Shown one piece after another: positions 39,320 to 49,213 of a DNA stretch of 64,000 nucleotides. Positions within the stretch are counted from its first letter, which is position 1. Every line of letters starts with the position of its first letter. The notes below the pieces were generated by a model. That model saw only the letters and a list, made by a program, of their open reading frames with translations, did no database searches and was not told where the DNA came from. The stretch is from an uncultured delta proteobacterium (GTDB lineage: Bacteria; Desulfobacterota; Syntrophia; Syntrophales; UBA2192): assembly GCA_963705165.1 (NCBI GenBank), contig CAVPJD010000032.1, positions 13,754 through 77,753 of the forward strand, read 5' to 3'. The position numbers and the translations under genes are program-made.

Positions 39320-39814
39320 ATGGATGAAAGAGAACGACAGAAACTGATCCAAAGGCTCAAAACCGTAAAAACGTCCGGGGAGCGGGACGAGATCCTCTGG
39401 TACCTGGCGGGGCAGGACAAAACGGCCAGGGAAAAACCACAGAGGGCTGAAGCAACGGGCACCAGCAAACGATCCCCTTGGGTACTAGCGAGGAAGGATA
39501 AAACGGCCAGCGGAGGACCACAGAGGGTGGAAGCAACGGCCACCAGCCAGCCAACCCCTGCCAAGACGGAAGGCGGGACGCAGATCCGCCTGCCTTTGGG
39601 AAAACTCGGCGGCTTCGGGTCCATCACCGCGCTGATGTTTCTGTTCTATGGCCTGGTCGCCATCGTCTCCGCGGTGATGAAAATCATGCAGGGCCAGCTG
39701 GACAGCGACGAGATCCGGCAGCTCATCATTGGCGGCGTTTTTGTCTTCTTCGGCATCGTCATCTTCATCAAGGCAAAGCGCGCGCAGCGTAAGGCCTCTT
39801 CTGAGAGCGCTTAG
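39320..39814 (+). CDS. Hypothetical membrane protein with an internal ~27-aa duplication
   Basis: Two C-terminal TM helices; repeated LA..DKTA...PQR.EAT.TS. Confidence 0.7.
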   Translation: MDERERQKLIQRLKTVKTSGERDEILWYLAGQDKTAREKPQRAEATGTSKRSPWVLARKDKTASGGPQRVEATATSQPTPAKTEGGTQIRLPLGKLGGFGSITALMFLFYGLVAIVSAVMKIMQGQLDSDEIRQLIIGGVFVFFGIVIFIKAKRAQRKASSESA

Positions 39815-39966
39815 GCAGGCGCACCCCCCGTCAGGAAGAGAAACCGAATTTTCTCCCTCACCCCGGCCCTCTCCTGTAAGAGGAAAGGGAGTTGTCACCC
39901 TCACCCTGACCCTCTCCCCTCAGGAGAGGGAACCTGTAAGGTAGTCAGTTTCCCGGGCTGCCCCGG

Positions 39967-42921
39967 CTATTTCAGCTTGAAATCGACACGGCTGTTTTTC
40001 ACGTCTTTTTTGGCCTCGGGCTGCAGCGTCTTCGGCTCGACGACAAAAACCCTGCCCGATTCGAATTCCCCTTTTTCCCGGAGGGCCTCCGACACCGTTT
40101 CGGCACGCTTCGTCGCCAGGAGTCGCAGATCGTCATCCTTGACGACGATGTGGGTCATCATGAGCTTCTCCATCTCCTCGTTGGGAAGGCCCTTCTCCAT
40201 CCCGACGATGTTTCTCGGCTTCGGGAACTTTTCTGCACTGTAGGCCCTCTTCAGGTATCGCTCGTATTCCTGCTTCTCGATCGTGATCTCGTCTACGGAC
40301 TCGACCTTTTCCCCTTTCCGGACCAGTTCGTTGAGCTTTTGGGCCTTCAGCTTTCTCTGAAACTGGTACTGGATGAGACCTTCGCGGTCCCGTTCCATGT
40401 CCACACCGCCGACAATGTCCAGCTTGAGGGCCGGTTTTGCCTTCAGAGCCTTCACCAGCGTCTCGATTTTTTTCATGTTGGGTTCCGAGAGGTCCGTCGA
40501 TCCATTATCGAACTCGATGTAGCTCAGTTCCTCACCGCCGCCGAAGAGTGAGCCCAGCAGGGCAAAAGGCGCCGTTGCGACCTTCGTGAGAATGTTGACG
40601 ATGACCTGGACGACGATGCGCCAGACGCTGAACTCCGGGTCGTCGATGCGGCCCGTCAGGGGGATGTCCAGGTTGATCTTGCCCTCGTTGTCCCGCAGAA
40701 GCGTGATGGCCAGGCCCACGGGCAGCTTGGTGGCCTGGGGGCTTTCCACCCGGTCACCGAGAGTGAGTTGATCGATGACCACCTTGTTTTCAGCATCGAG
40801 CTTCATGCCGGAGATCAGGTACTTGAGGTCGAAGGAAAGAGATCCCTTCTCGATCTTGTACCCCGCATAGGTGCTCGAATAGGGTGTCAGGGGACTCAGG
40901 TTGAAATCCCTGAGGGAAGCCTTGAGGTCCACGAAGAGATTATCCTTGAAGGGGTAGACCTTCCCGGTGATCTCCATCGGGATTTGCCGCCCGATCTTGC
41001 CCCGGATATCCACATCGGCCGGCTTGGTCGTGATTGAGGTCACGCCGGTGACTCTTCCCGTGAGTTCCGTGAGCGTTGACGAAAAATTGGGCTTGATCTT
41101 CCGGTCGTCCAAGACGATGGTGCCGTTCTGGAGCGTGATGCGGTTGATCTCGATGTTCTTTGCCAGGATGTCGCCCAGATATTCCTTGTTTTCTTCCGGC
41201 TGTGCCTCTTCCCTCTTTTTGGGCGGTGCAAGTTTGGCCTCGGCGGCTTCGTCCTGCTCGGCTGTCTCCGGCTTGGCCACGTTCTTCACGTTCAGGGTGC
41301 CGTCCTCGTTGACGATGATCCGGGCGTAGAGATCGGCGAGCGCGATGTCCTTAATGCGGACGAAGAGAGGGTTATAGCCTGCACTCAGGCTGTTCATGAA
41401 CAGCGATTTGAATTTGATGAAATCATCGCCGTTGACCTTGTCCACCGTCGCGACGCGGGCAAGAAGGAAATTGCCGTCGTATTTGACCGTGACCTCCTTC
41501 TCGGGGGCCTTGCTGGCCAGGACGGTCCCCTTGGCGGAAATGTCGCCGTCTGTGAAATTGACGCGGAAATATTCCGTGAAGTACTCCTGGAAGGGACGGA
41601 TCCGCATCTTTTTAAGGTCGACATCGAGATTGGCGAAGACGGGGTTGAAACCGACGGGCCCGCTGACGGCGATGGAACCCCTGCCTTTGTTGAAGTCCAT
41701 CGAGACCGATAGCTTTCCCTGGCTGTCCTTTACCGTGGAGATCTTTTCCCCCTTGACGGTTATGTCCTGGATCAGGGAGTTGACCGGCTCCGGCGGCACT
41801 TCGTCACGATAGACGATCTTGCCGTTCTTGAGGTCGAACTCGTCCAGGATCAGGATCGGCAGAGGCTTATCCCCGGCCCCCTCCTCCGCCTTGGCCGTCT
41901 CGGGTTCTTCTTTTTTTTGAGCTGCCAGGGTCAGCAGATTAATCGTTCCGCTTTTATCCCGGCGGACGTTTATCTCGGGCGATTCGAGGGCAATTTTCGC
42001 GAAGTGAAATTTTGACTGCAGCGGTTCGACGGCCGTCATGACTACGTCGAGGCGCTGCAGCCCGGCAACAGGCTTCTTTGTCCTCTCTTGTAAGACAAAG
42101 TCCCTCAGCGCCACGTTGCCGGCGACGACGATGGCGGGGGGCTGATCCGGGGACATGGAGAAGGTGATCGTCGACTGCACGTCGAGTTTCCCGGAGGGGA
42201 TGGTGATATTCAGTTCATGCGGGACGTAGGCCAGGTAGAAGGGAAGGTCCAGGTCCTCGATGAGGATGTTGAAGATCGTCTCGCGGGTATCCTTGAAGAT
42301 CTTCGTCTTTCCCTCCAGCGAGTACGGGTCGCCGTTGATCGTCGCGGCAAAGCGAGGCTGCACATAGGTGTCGATATACTCCGGAATGTTTGAGACAAAG
42401 GGGATCCCGATGTTCATATCCCGGATGGTGTGTGTCGTATCGAAGGGGCCGTCGACAAAATCGACGCCCCCGCTTTCGATGACGATGTTGTTCACCGAGA
42501 ACTGCGGTGGCTCCTTCTTCTCGTCCTTCGGCTCTTCCTTCATCAGCGCAAGCAGATCGGAGAAGTTGTAGGTCTTGTCCTTGTTCCGGACCAAATGAAG
42601 ATAGGGTTTGCGGACAATGAATTCCTCGATGACGGGCGCCCGCTTGAAGATCGAACGGATGTCGAGGTTGACCACCATCTCGTCGAAAGACACAAAGGTC
42701 TTTTCGCCCTTGGGCTCCTTGATCTCAAACCCGCGCAGGGTGACGGTCAGCGTGTATGGGTTCAGGCTGATCTCGGAGAGAATCACCTGGCGGTTGAGGG
42801 TCTTGGAGAGGGTTTCAAGAAGGTATGGCTTCACGAGGGGCGGGATGACAAAGAAGCCGATGACCGTGAAGAGAACGAAAAAGACTGCGGCGCCAATAAT
42901 CCATTTTTTCAATCGGCCCAT
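39967..42921 (-). CDS. DUF748 domain (AsmA-like) protein
   Basis: N-terminal anchor; NFSDLL, LPVGLAITLLRD..G.I.LDIPLTG.IDDPEFS, APFALLGSL; OmpA-like C-terminus ending SRVDF. Confidence 0.88.
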   Translation of the reverse strand: MGRLKKWIIGAAVFFVLFTVIGFFVIPPLVKPYLLETLSKTLNRQVILSEISLNPYTLTVTLRGFEIKEPKGEKTFVSFDEMVVNLDIRSIFKRAPVIEEFIVRKPYLHLVRNKDKTYNFSDLLALMKEEPKDEKKEPPQFSVNNIVIESGGVDFVDGPFDTTHTIRDMNIGIPFVSNIPEYIDTYVQPRFAATINGDPYSLEGKTKIFKDTRETIFNILIEDLDLPFYLAYVPHELNITIPSGKLDVQSTITFSMSPDQPPAIVVAGNVALRDFVLQERTKKPVAGLQRLDVVMTAVEPLQSKFHFAKIALESPEINVRRDKSGTINLLTLAAQKKEEPETAKAEEGAGDKPLPILILDEFDLKNGKIVYRDEVPPEPVNSLIQDITVKGEKISTVKDSQGKLSVSMDFNKGRGSIAVSGPVGFNPVFANLDVDLKKMRIRPFQEYFTEYFRVNFTDGDISAKGTVLASKAPEKEVTVKYDGNFLLARVATVDKVNGDDFIKFKSLFMNSLSAGYNPLFVRIKDIALADLYARIIVNEDGTLNVKNVAKPETAEQDEAAEAKLAPPKKREEAQPEENKEYLGDILAKNIEINRITLQNGTIVLDDRKIKPNFSSTLTELTGRVTGVTSITTKPADVDIRGKIGRQIPMEITGKVYPFKDNLFVDLKASLRDFNLSPLTPYSSTYAGYKIEKGSLSFDLKYLISGMKLDAENKVVIDQLTLGDRVESPQATKLPVGLAITLLRDNEGKINLDIPLTGRIDDPEFSVWRIVVQVIVNILTKVATAPFALLGSLFGGGEELSYIEFDNGSTDLSEPNMKKIETLVKALKAKPALKLDIVGGVDMERDREGLIQYQFQRKLKAQKLNELVRKGEKVESVDEITIEKQEYERYLKRAYSAEKFPKPRNIVGMEKGLPNEEMEKLMMTHIVVKDDDLRLLATKRAETVSEALREKGEFESGRVFVVEPKTLQPEAKKDVKNSRVDFKLK

Positions 42922-43388
42922 GTTGTTCTCCGTTGGCGTCAATATTCTGATGCGGTTGCATGGGAAAGAAACCGGGAACGGCGGGTGCCGGGTACAGCCT
43001 TCCTGCAAAATCAATTTCGCACAGGCACCATAATTTTTCAATAGACAATACTCAAGGGAGTGGAAGAAGTGCCAGAGTGCTTGATTGACCGAGTGAAGAG
43101 GAAGAAGGGACCAGGGACCGGGGTGCAGGGACGAGGGGCGCGCATTGCTCGCGAGAAAGAAATACAGGAAATGCGCGCTGTCCGCAAACGGGCCTGGGGT
43201 GCCTGTTTGCGGCGATATCGCGTTATACCGATTCGCTGAACCATGCGCGAGCCGCGGAAAAAATCGGTAACGGAGATCCTGAAGTGCAGAAAATGCTTGA
43301 AATACGGAAAAAATTCGTATAGATGAGTAGTACTCTTGAAGATAAATACGAGACAAGAAGAAACACAACAAGCAAGGAGGAGATCAAG

Positions 43389-43712
43389 ATGGCCAAAGCG
43401 AGGAAGGGTGATCTGTTCACTTGTGAGCTGTGCGGTATCGTCGTCGCTGTTGACGAGAACTGCGATTGCGTCGTCGGTGAGTTGATCTGTTGTGACATTC
43501 CAATGGAGAAAGGAAAGGCAAAGATGAAGAAGGCCGCAAAGCCAGCGAAGAAGGCAGCGAAGAAGCCCGTGAAGAAGGCAGCGCCGAAGAAGGCAGCGAA
43601 GAAGCCCGTGAAGAAGGCAGCGAAGAAGCCCGTGAAGAAGGCAGCACCGAAGAAGGCAGCGCCTGCGAAAGCTAAGAAGGCGGCGAAGCCCAAGGCGAAG
43701 GCAAAGAAGTAA
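43389..43712 (+). CDS. Desulforedoxin-like Cys domain fused to a histone H1-like Lys/Ala/Pro tail
   Basis: AAGGAGG RBS; GDLFTCELCGIVVAV...CDC...LICCDIPM, then KKAAKKPVKKAAP repeats. Confidence 0.82.
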   Translation: MAKARKGDLFTCELCGIVVAVDENCDCVVGELICCDIPMEKGKAKMKKAAKPAKKAAKKPVKKAAPKKAAKKPVKKAAKKPVKKAAPKKAAPAKAKKAAKPKAKAKK

Positions 43713-43802
43713 CGCGATCGGTTCAATGAACTCGAGCATCGCTTTCCGCCCGGAGAGAACCTTCTGACGGCGCGGGGCGGTTGCCGCACAGACGCCAGAA
43801 GA

Positions 43803-43835
43803 AACCCCGCTTGCAAACGAGCGGGGTTTCTTTTT
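43803..43835 (+). terminator. Rho-independent terminator
   Basis: AAACCCCGCTTG..CGAGCGGGGTTTCTTTTT. Confidence 0.7.
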
Positions 43836-44051
43836 GCCCCGACGGCTTACGCTGAAAGGAGCAAGGGCCGCCTGCCGGTCAAAACCGTTGACGGACGCGC
43901 AAAGATGCTTTATTTTAAAACTGTGTATAGCGCATAACCCGGCAGGAACCGCCTCCTGCAGACGGAACCCCGCCGCGGCCGGGCCATTCCATCCGGGTCA
44001 ACGCAAAGCGATCGAAGCCGACAATATCACCGTTCAAAAAGGAGGTCACAC

Positions 44052-44474
44052 ATGGCAAGCAAGAAACTGTTGGAGCTTTTGAACAAGGGAATCGCCCGGG
44101 AAATCCAGGTGTCGGTCCAGTACATATGGCAGCACGTCCAGTGGTCCGGAATCCCTCACTACGCAATCAAGGATGAGCTGAAGAAAATCGCTGTCGCGGA
44201 AATGAAGCATGCCGAAGCCATTGCGGAGAGGCTCTTCTATCTCGGGGGGACCCCCACGACGAAGCCCGACCCGATCTTCGTGGGCAAGACCCTCAAGGAG
44301 ATGCTGACCAAGGACATGAAGGACGAGGAAGGCGCCATCAAGCTCTACAAGCAGACGATCGAGGTGGCCGAAAAGGAAGGCGACATCACGACGGCACAGC
44401 TCTTCAAGAAGATCCTCGCGGACGAGGAGGAGCACCACGATTTCTTCCAGGGCATTCTCGAGGGGTTGAAGTAA
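44052..44474 (+). CDS. Ferritin-like / bacterioferritin-like protein
   Basis: ARE....QY, EMKHAE.IAER..YLGG.P, DEEGAI..Y, DEEEH. Confidence 0.88.
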   Translation: MASKKLLELLNKGIAREIQVSVQYIWQHVQWSGIPHYAIKDELKKIAVAEMKHAEAIAERLFYLGGTPTTKPDPIFVGKTLKEMLTKDMKDEEGAIKLYKQTIEVAEKEGDITTAQLFKKILADEEEHHDFFQGILEGLK

Positions 44475-44497
44475 AGAAGGCGGAACGACGAAACAGA

Positions 44498-44526
44498 AGC
44501 CCACTTCACGGTGGGCTTTTGTTTTT
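44498..44526 (+). terminator. Rho-independent terminator
   Basis: AAGCCCAC TTCACG GTGGGCTTTTGTTTTT. Confidence 0.7.
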
Positions 44527-44580
44527 CTGCCGTGCTGTTCGGGAACCCTGCGTAACCCCCAGGCGAAAAGGTGAAGAAGG

Positions 44581-45036
44581 ATGAGAAGACACGAAAGAGA
44601 GATCCGGGAAGAAACAGAAATTCATGAAATCCTCGAGAAAGCGCTCGTCTGCCGCCTCGGGCTTTATGACGGGCGCTACCCCTATGTGGTCCCGCTGAAT
44701 TACGGATACCGGGACGGGCGCCTCTACTTCCATAGCGCCAGGGAGGGCAGGAAGATCGACATCCTGAAAAAGTTTGACCGGGTCTGCATCGAAGTCGACA
44801 TCGACTCCCGGATCGTACCGGGCGATGCGCCGTGCCGGTGGGCAGCGAAGTACCGCAGCGTGATCGGCTTCGGCAGGGCCAGGATCGTGGATGACGAGGC
44901 GGAGAAAAAAGCCGCCCTCGATGTCATCATGGCGCACTATGGCGGGCAAGGAGGCGAATACGATGAAAAATCTCTGCAGCGGACCTGCGTGATCGAAGTT
45001 GTCATCGAGAACATGACGGGCAAGCAGTCTCTCTGA
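44581..45036 (+). CDS. Pyridoxamine 5'-phosphate oxidase-like (NimA-like) flavin-binding protein
   Basis: MRRHEREI, PYVVPLNYG, YFHSAREGRK, YRSVIGFG, MTGK. Confidence 0.88.
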   Translation: MRRHEREIREETEIHEILEKALVCRLGLYDGRYPYVVPLNYGYRDGRLYFHSAREGRKIDILKKFDRVCIEVDIDSRIVPGDAPCRWAAKYRSVIGFGRARIVDDEAEKKAALDVIMAHYGGQGGEYDEKSLQRTCVIEVVIENMTGKQSL

Positions 45037-45191
45037 CAGCCCTTCGAATGTCACGCCGGAAGACCCGGAGCCCCTGTATCCGGCATGAAAAATATCGGTT
45101 GACTGGAATTATTTGGCATGCCAAGTAAAGAGGGAAGCGAGGAAGCTCGGAAGTGACGAAGAGCGGAAAACCCGGGAGGGAAAAGGATTCG

Positions 45192-45650
45192 ATGCCGAAG
45201 GACGACCGCCTGATCTACCTTGTTTTCACCGCGCAGCTGAAGCTGAGAACCTACCTGAAGAATGTCTTTTCCGAAGCCGGGGTCACCATCACGCCGGCCC
45301 AGTCGGGAATCCTTTTTCTTCTCAAAAGAAAGAACGGGCAGACCATGTCGGAGCTCAGCCAGGTGCTCACCCTCGACAACTCGACCCTGACGGGTCTTGT
45401 AGACCGGCTCGAGCGCTCGGGCTTCGTGAAGCGCAATGCAAGCACGGCGGATCGAAGGGCCTCGCACGTTTTCATCACAGATAAGGGAGGCGGGGAGATC
45501 GAACGGGCAAGGGCCGTAATCAACCGGGTGAACGAGCAGATCAAGGCGGATTTTACGGAAAGTGAGGTCGAGGCATTCAAAAAAATCCTGAACTCCTTCT
45601 TCGTCAGGTTTGCGGCGCACCCGCGAGGGGAGGCCAGTGATGGTGGTTGA
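45192..45650 (+). CDS. MarR family regulator
   Basis: STLTGLVDRLE..GFVKR....DRR. Confidence 0.9.
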   Translation: MPKDDRLIYLVFTAQLKLRTYLKNVFSEAGVTITPAQSGILFLLKRKNGQTMSELSQVLTLDNSTLTGLVDRLERSGFVKRNASTADRRASHVFITDKGGGEIERARAVINRVNEQIKADFTESEVEAFKKILNSFFVRFAAHPRGEASDGG

Positions 45651-46788
45651 ACAGGGAAGAAAGGAACGCATCTCGCGACTGAAGATGCAGGCGATCCGCT
45701 TTGCCGGCCGGGATCTGTCCGGGGGCGGCGATCTCGGGAGCCGGGAAGACCCCGGAGAGCTCTGGCGGACAATGGCCAGGCGGGGCCTTCTGGGTTGGAG
45801 CATCCCTGCAGCCTTCGGGGGTGAAGGAGCAGGCTATTCCGACATCCTTCCGGCCGTGGAGGCCTTCGTCGCGAAAGGCGGCAGACCGGGGCTTGCACTA
45901 TCCTGGATGGTCCATCTGATTGTCGGAAAGGTCCTCATCGCAGGCGTCGCAAAGGGCATGCAGAAAAAAGAGATCCTGCCCGGGATGGCCTCCGGCAGAC
46001 GGACGGCCTCCATAGCTCTCTCCGAGCCCGGGGCCGGCAGCGACCCGAAGCGTATCCGCACGACGGCCGTGAAAAAGGGAAGAGCCTATGTGCTCGATGG
46101 GGAAAAGGCGTGGCTCACCAATGGTCCCCTGGCCGATCTCTTCATTGTATTTGCCGTGACGGGAGAGCGGGGAGGGAAAAAGGGCTTTACGGCTTTTCTT
46201 GTCCCGAGGGAAACCCCCGGGCTCACCGTCCGTGAAATGCCGGCCCTGGGTTACTTGAGACCGTCCCCGCACTGCGAGATCCGGCTTGAGGGTTGCGACC
46301 TGCCCGAAGCCGCCATCCTGGGCCGAAAGGGTCGGGCCTGGGAAGAACTCTCGAAGCCGTTCAGGGTGGCTGAGGATGTGCTGCTCGCAGGTGCCGTCCT
46401 CGGGGGAATGGATTGGGAGCTGAGGCGAGCTGTCCGGAGCCTGAGGGATGGCAGACGGGTAATCGAAAACGACGCGAAGGAGCGCATCGGGGGATTCGCA
46501 GCCATGCTGGAGGCGGCAAGGCAGGTTGCGCGGGGCGCCGCTAGGGAACTCGACGGCGGGAGGCAGGGCACGGACGTGGAGCACCGTCTCGTTGCCTTTC
46601 ACCTCATCGCGAAAACGCTGCAGGAATCCCTCGGGGGAATCCTCGAAAAGACCTCAAGCGGCAGGCCCTCCGGTCCGGATGCGCAGGGGGACGACATCGC
46701 CCGGATCATCGGACTCGGGATGTACGCATCACGGGCCCGTCAACGCAAATGGGGAGATACACTTCTGATCGGGAAGGAGAAATCATGA
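45640..46788 (+). CDS. Divergent acyl-CoA dehydrogenase family protein
   Basis: ALSEPGAGSD, LDGEKAWLTNG, AFLVPRETPG; C-terminal GGYG/YEGT motifs absent. Confidence 0.78.
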   Translation: MVVEQGRKERISRLKMQAIRFAGRDLSGGGDLGSREDPGELWRTMARRGLLGWSIPAAFGGEGAGYSDILPAVEAFVAKGGRPGLALSWMVHLIVGKVLIAGVAKGMQKKEILPGMASGRRTASIALSEPGAGSDPKRIRTTAVKKGRAYVLDGEKAWLTNGPLADLFIVFAVTGERGGKKGFTAFLVPRETPGLTVREMPALGYLRPSPHCEIRLEGCDLPEAAILGRKGRAWEELSKPFRVAEDVLLAGAVLGGMDWELRRAVRSLRDGRRVIENDAKERIGGFAAMLEAARQVARGAARELDGGRQGTDVEHRLVAFHLIAKTLQESLGGILEKTSSGRPSGPDAQGDDIARIIGLGMYASRARQRKWGDTLLIGKEKS

Positions 46789-47729
46789 GGGATCAAACCG
46801 GGAAATTCGAAACGGTCGACCAGGTGAACGAGGGCTTCAAGAGCACCGGCTACATCTGCAGCACGGATATCGCGACGACGGTCTACCTGGCCTTTCACCT
46901 GGAGAAGCCGGTCCTCGTCGAGGGGCCTGCCGGAGTGGGGAAGACGGAGCTTGCGAAAAAGGCGGCCCAGTTCATGGACGTGCCGCTCATCCGGCTGCAA
47001 TGCTACGAGGGTCTCGACGAGTCCAAGGCGCTCTACGAGTGGAAGTACGGCAAACAGCTCCTCTACTCCCAGCTGCTGCGGGACAAGCTTGATCAGGTCA
47101 TCGATAAGGAGAGCGATCTGGGCGAGTCGATCCGGACGCTGCACCGCTACGAGGACATCTTCTTCTCTCCCCAGTTTCTCGAGCCGAGGCCGCTCCTCAA
47201 GGCGCTTCAGGAGGAACGGGGCGCCGTGCTCCTCATCGACGAGGTGGACAAGGCCGACGAGGAGTTCGAAGCCTTTCTGCTGGAGATCCTCTCCGATTTC
47301 CAGGTGTCAATTCCCGAGATCGGCACGGTGACGGCGCGGACGAAGCCCTACGTATTCCTCACCAGCAACAGCACCCGCGAGCTCAGCGAGGCGCTGAAGA
47401 GGCGCTGCCTGCACCTCTTTATCCCGTTCCCCGCTCCCGATCTCGAGCGGGAGATCGTCCGCCACCACGTACCCGATATTCCCGATCTCCTGGAGAGGCA
47501 GCTGGTGATGTTCATCCACGAGGTAAGAAAGCTCGAACTCAAGAAAGTGCCCTCCATCAGTGAGACCATCGACTGGGCCCGGGCCCTGATCCTGCTGCAC
47601 GCCGAGGGACTCGACCGGGATCTGACCCGCAAGACCCTCAACACCTTTCTCAAGTACGAGGAGGACATGCGGACCGTAGATGAAAAACTCTTTCTGCTCG
47701 TCGACAAGGCCCTGAAGGAAACGGCCTGA
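46785..47729 (+). CDS. MoxR-family AAA+ ATPase (CoxD-like)
   Basis: EGPAGVGKTE, RLQCYEGLD, LLIDEVDK, LSEALKRRC. Confidence 0.92.
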   Translation: MRDQTGKFETVDQVNEGFKSTGYICSTDIATTVYLAFHLEKPVLVEGPAGVGKTELAKKAAQFMDVPLIRLQCYEGLDESKALYEWKYGKQLLYSQLLRDKLDQVIDKESDLGESIRTLHRYEDIFFSPQFLEPRPLLKALQEERGAVLLIDEVDKADEEFEAFLLEILSDFQVSIPEIGTVTARTKPYVFLTSNSTRELSEALKRRCLHLFIPFPAPDLEREIVRHHVPDIPDLLERQLVMFIHEVRKLELKKVPSISETIDWARALILLHAEGLDRDLTRKTLNTFLKYEEDMRTVDEKLFLLVDKALKETA

Positions 47730-49072
47730 TGGATCGAGTGTTAAACAATTTCATCGTCTCTCTGCGGGGCGCGGGGGTTCCCGTTTCGGTCTCGGAGAGC
47801 ATCGACGCCGCGCGAGGCCTGGCGATCTCCGGGTACGGCGAGAGGCAGGTTGTCAAGAGCACCCTTGCGGCCACCCTTGCAAAGTCCGCTGCCGAGAAGG
47901 AGATCTTCGACGACTGTTTCGAGAGGTTCTTTGCCTTCCAGGCCCCAACGGCAGCCTTTGCGGCCGGCCAGGAAAACGGCAACGAAGAGCAATCCGGGGA
48001 CATGCCGCCGATCGGGGGGATGATCATGGAGGGCGACCTGGGCGGGGTAGCACTCGCCGTTCGTGACGCAGCCCGGTCCGTGGATCTGCAGTCCATCCGT
48101 TTTTTCACCCAGCGAGGGATATTCACATCGAGGATCCTCCAGGCGCTGCAACTGGATCAGCTGGACCGTTTCGTGGGCGATCTTTACCGGGAGGGCGGCG
48201 CCGGCGCCTCGGCGGCTGCACGGCAGCTGGAGCAGGGCCGGGATGCTCTGATCGACATGGTGCGGCGCTTTGTCGAGGAGCAGTACGAGATCTACGCCCG
48301 GGAGAGCACCGAGCGGATCATCGAGCGATACCTCTGGGATGTCAGACTCACGGAGCTGGAAGAGCGGCATTACGACCGCATGCATTTCCTCATCCGCAAG
48401 CTCGTCAAGAGGATGAACGAGCGCTACTCCCGCAGGCGTCGCAGGGCGAAACGCGGAGCCCTCGATTTCAAGCGCACCCTGAGGGCAAACATGCACCACG
48501 GGGGACTTCTCTTCGAGACGCACTGGAAGAAGAAGCGGATGAACCGGCCGGATGTGGTGATCCTCTGCGATGTGAGCCGATCCATGTCGACGGTGGTCCG
48601 TTTCTGCCTGCTGATGCTCTACGGCCTCAACGAGGTCGTGGCGCGAATCCGCTCCTTCGTCTTCTGCTCGAGCCTTCTCGAGGTCAGCCATGTCTTTGAG
48701 ACCTCTCCCATCGCCGAGGCCGTCGAGCGGCTGCGGACAGGCGAGGGGCTCGACATCCACATGGGAAGGACCGACTACGGGAGCGCCTTCTGGGACTTCA
48801 CGCACCGGCACCTGGAGGCGGTCACGGGCAAGACGACGGTCATCATCCTGGGCGATGCACGCAGCAACTACGGCGACCCGGCCGATGAGCTGTTGAAGAA
48901 AATCGCCGAGCGTTGCCGCCGCCTCATCTGGCTGAACCCCGAAACGCCACCCATGTGGGGAACGGGCGACTCGGAGATGAAGCGCTACATGCGCCTCTGC
49001 GACCGGGTCATGGAGTGCAGCACCCTTCGTCACCTGGAGCAGCTCGTCCGCGTCCTCGTCCGGATCCCCTGA
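47729..49072 (+). CDS. VWA domain CoxE-like protein
   Basis: CDVSRSM MIDAS, TDYG, ILGDARSNY, WLNPE. Confidence 0.9.
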   Translation: MDRVLNNFIVSLRGAGVPVSVSESIDAARGLAISGYGERQVVKSTLAATLAKSAAEKEIFDDCFERFFAFQAPTAAFAAGQENGNEEQSGDMPPIGGMIMEGDLGGVALAVRDAARSVDLQSIRFFTQRGIFTSRILQALQLDQLDRFVGDLYREGGAGASAAARQLEQGRDALIDMVRRFVEEQYEIYARESTERIIERYLWDVRLTELEERHYDRMHFLIRKLVKRMNERYSRRRRRAKRGALDFKRTLRANMHHGGLLFETHWKKKRMNRPDVVILCDVSRSMSTVVRFCLLMLYGLNEVVARIRSFVFCSSLLEVSHVFETSPIAEAVERLRTGEGLDIHMGRTDYGSAFWDFTHRHLEAVTGKTTVIILGDARSNYGDPADELLKKIAERCRRLIWLNPETPPMWGTGDSEMKRYMRLCDRVMECSTLRHLEQLVRVLVRIP

Positions 49073-49213
49073 CACTTCGAGAAAGAGAAGTTAAGAAGGT
49101 GAGAAGGTTGGAATAGCATCGTTTTCCAATCGTTCTTGCCTGCGAATCCTCCTGTCCTGATTATGAATAGTTGTGGTAAAATGGCTAATCAAAATGCCCA
49201 TACAGTATCGTCT

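Noticed and set aside
39967..43371. 1134-aa length for the DUF748 protein and similar N-terminal extensions (livM, 33591 hydrolase, rlpA)
   Set aside because: The extensions run through intergenic repeats or promoters; better starts lie downstream.
43038..43816. Minus-strand ORFs rich in LLRC or AAFF repeats
   Set aside because: They are antisense shadows of the Lys/Ala-rich coding repeat at 43389-43712.
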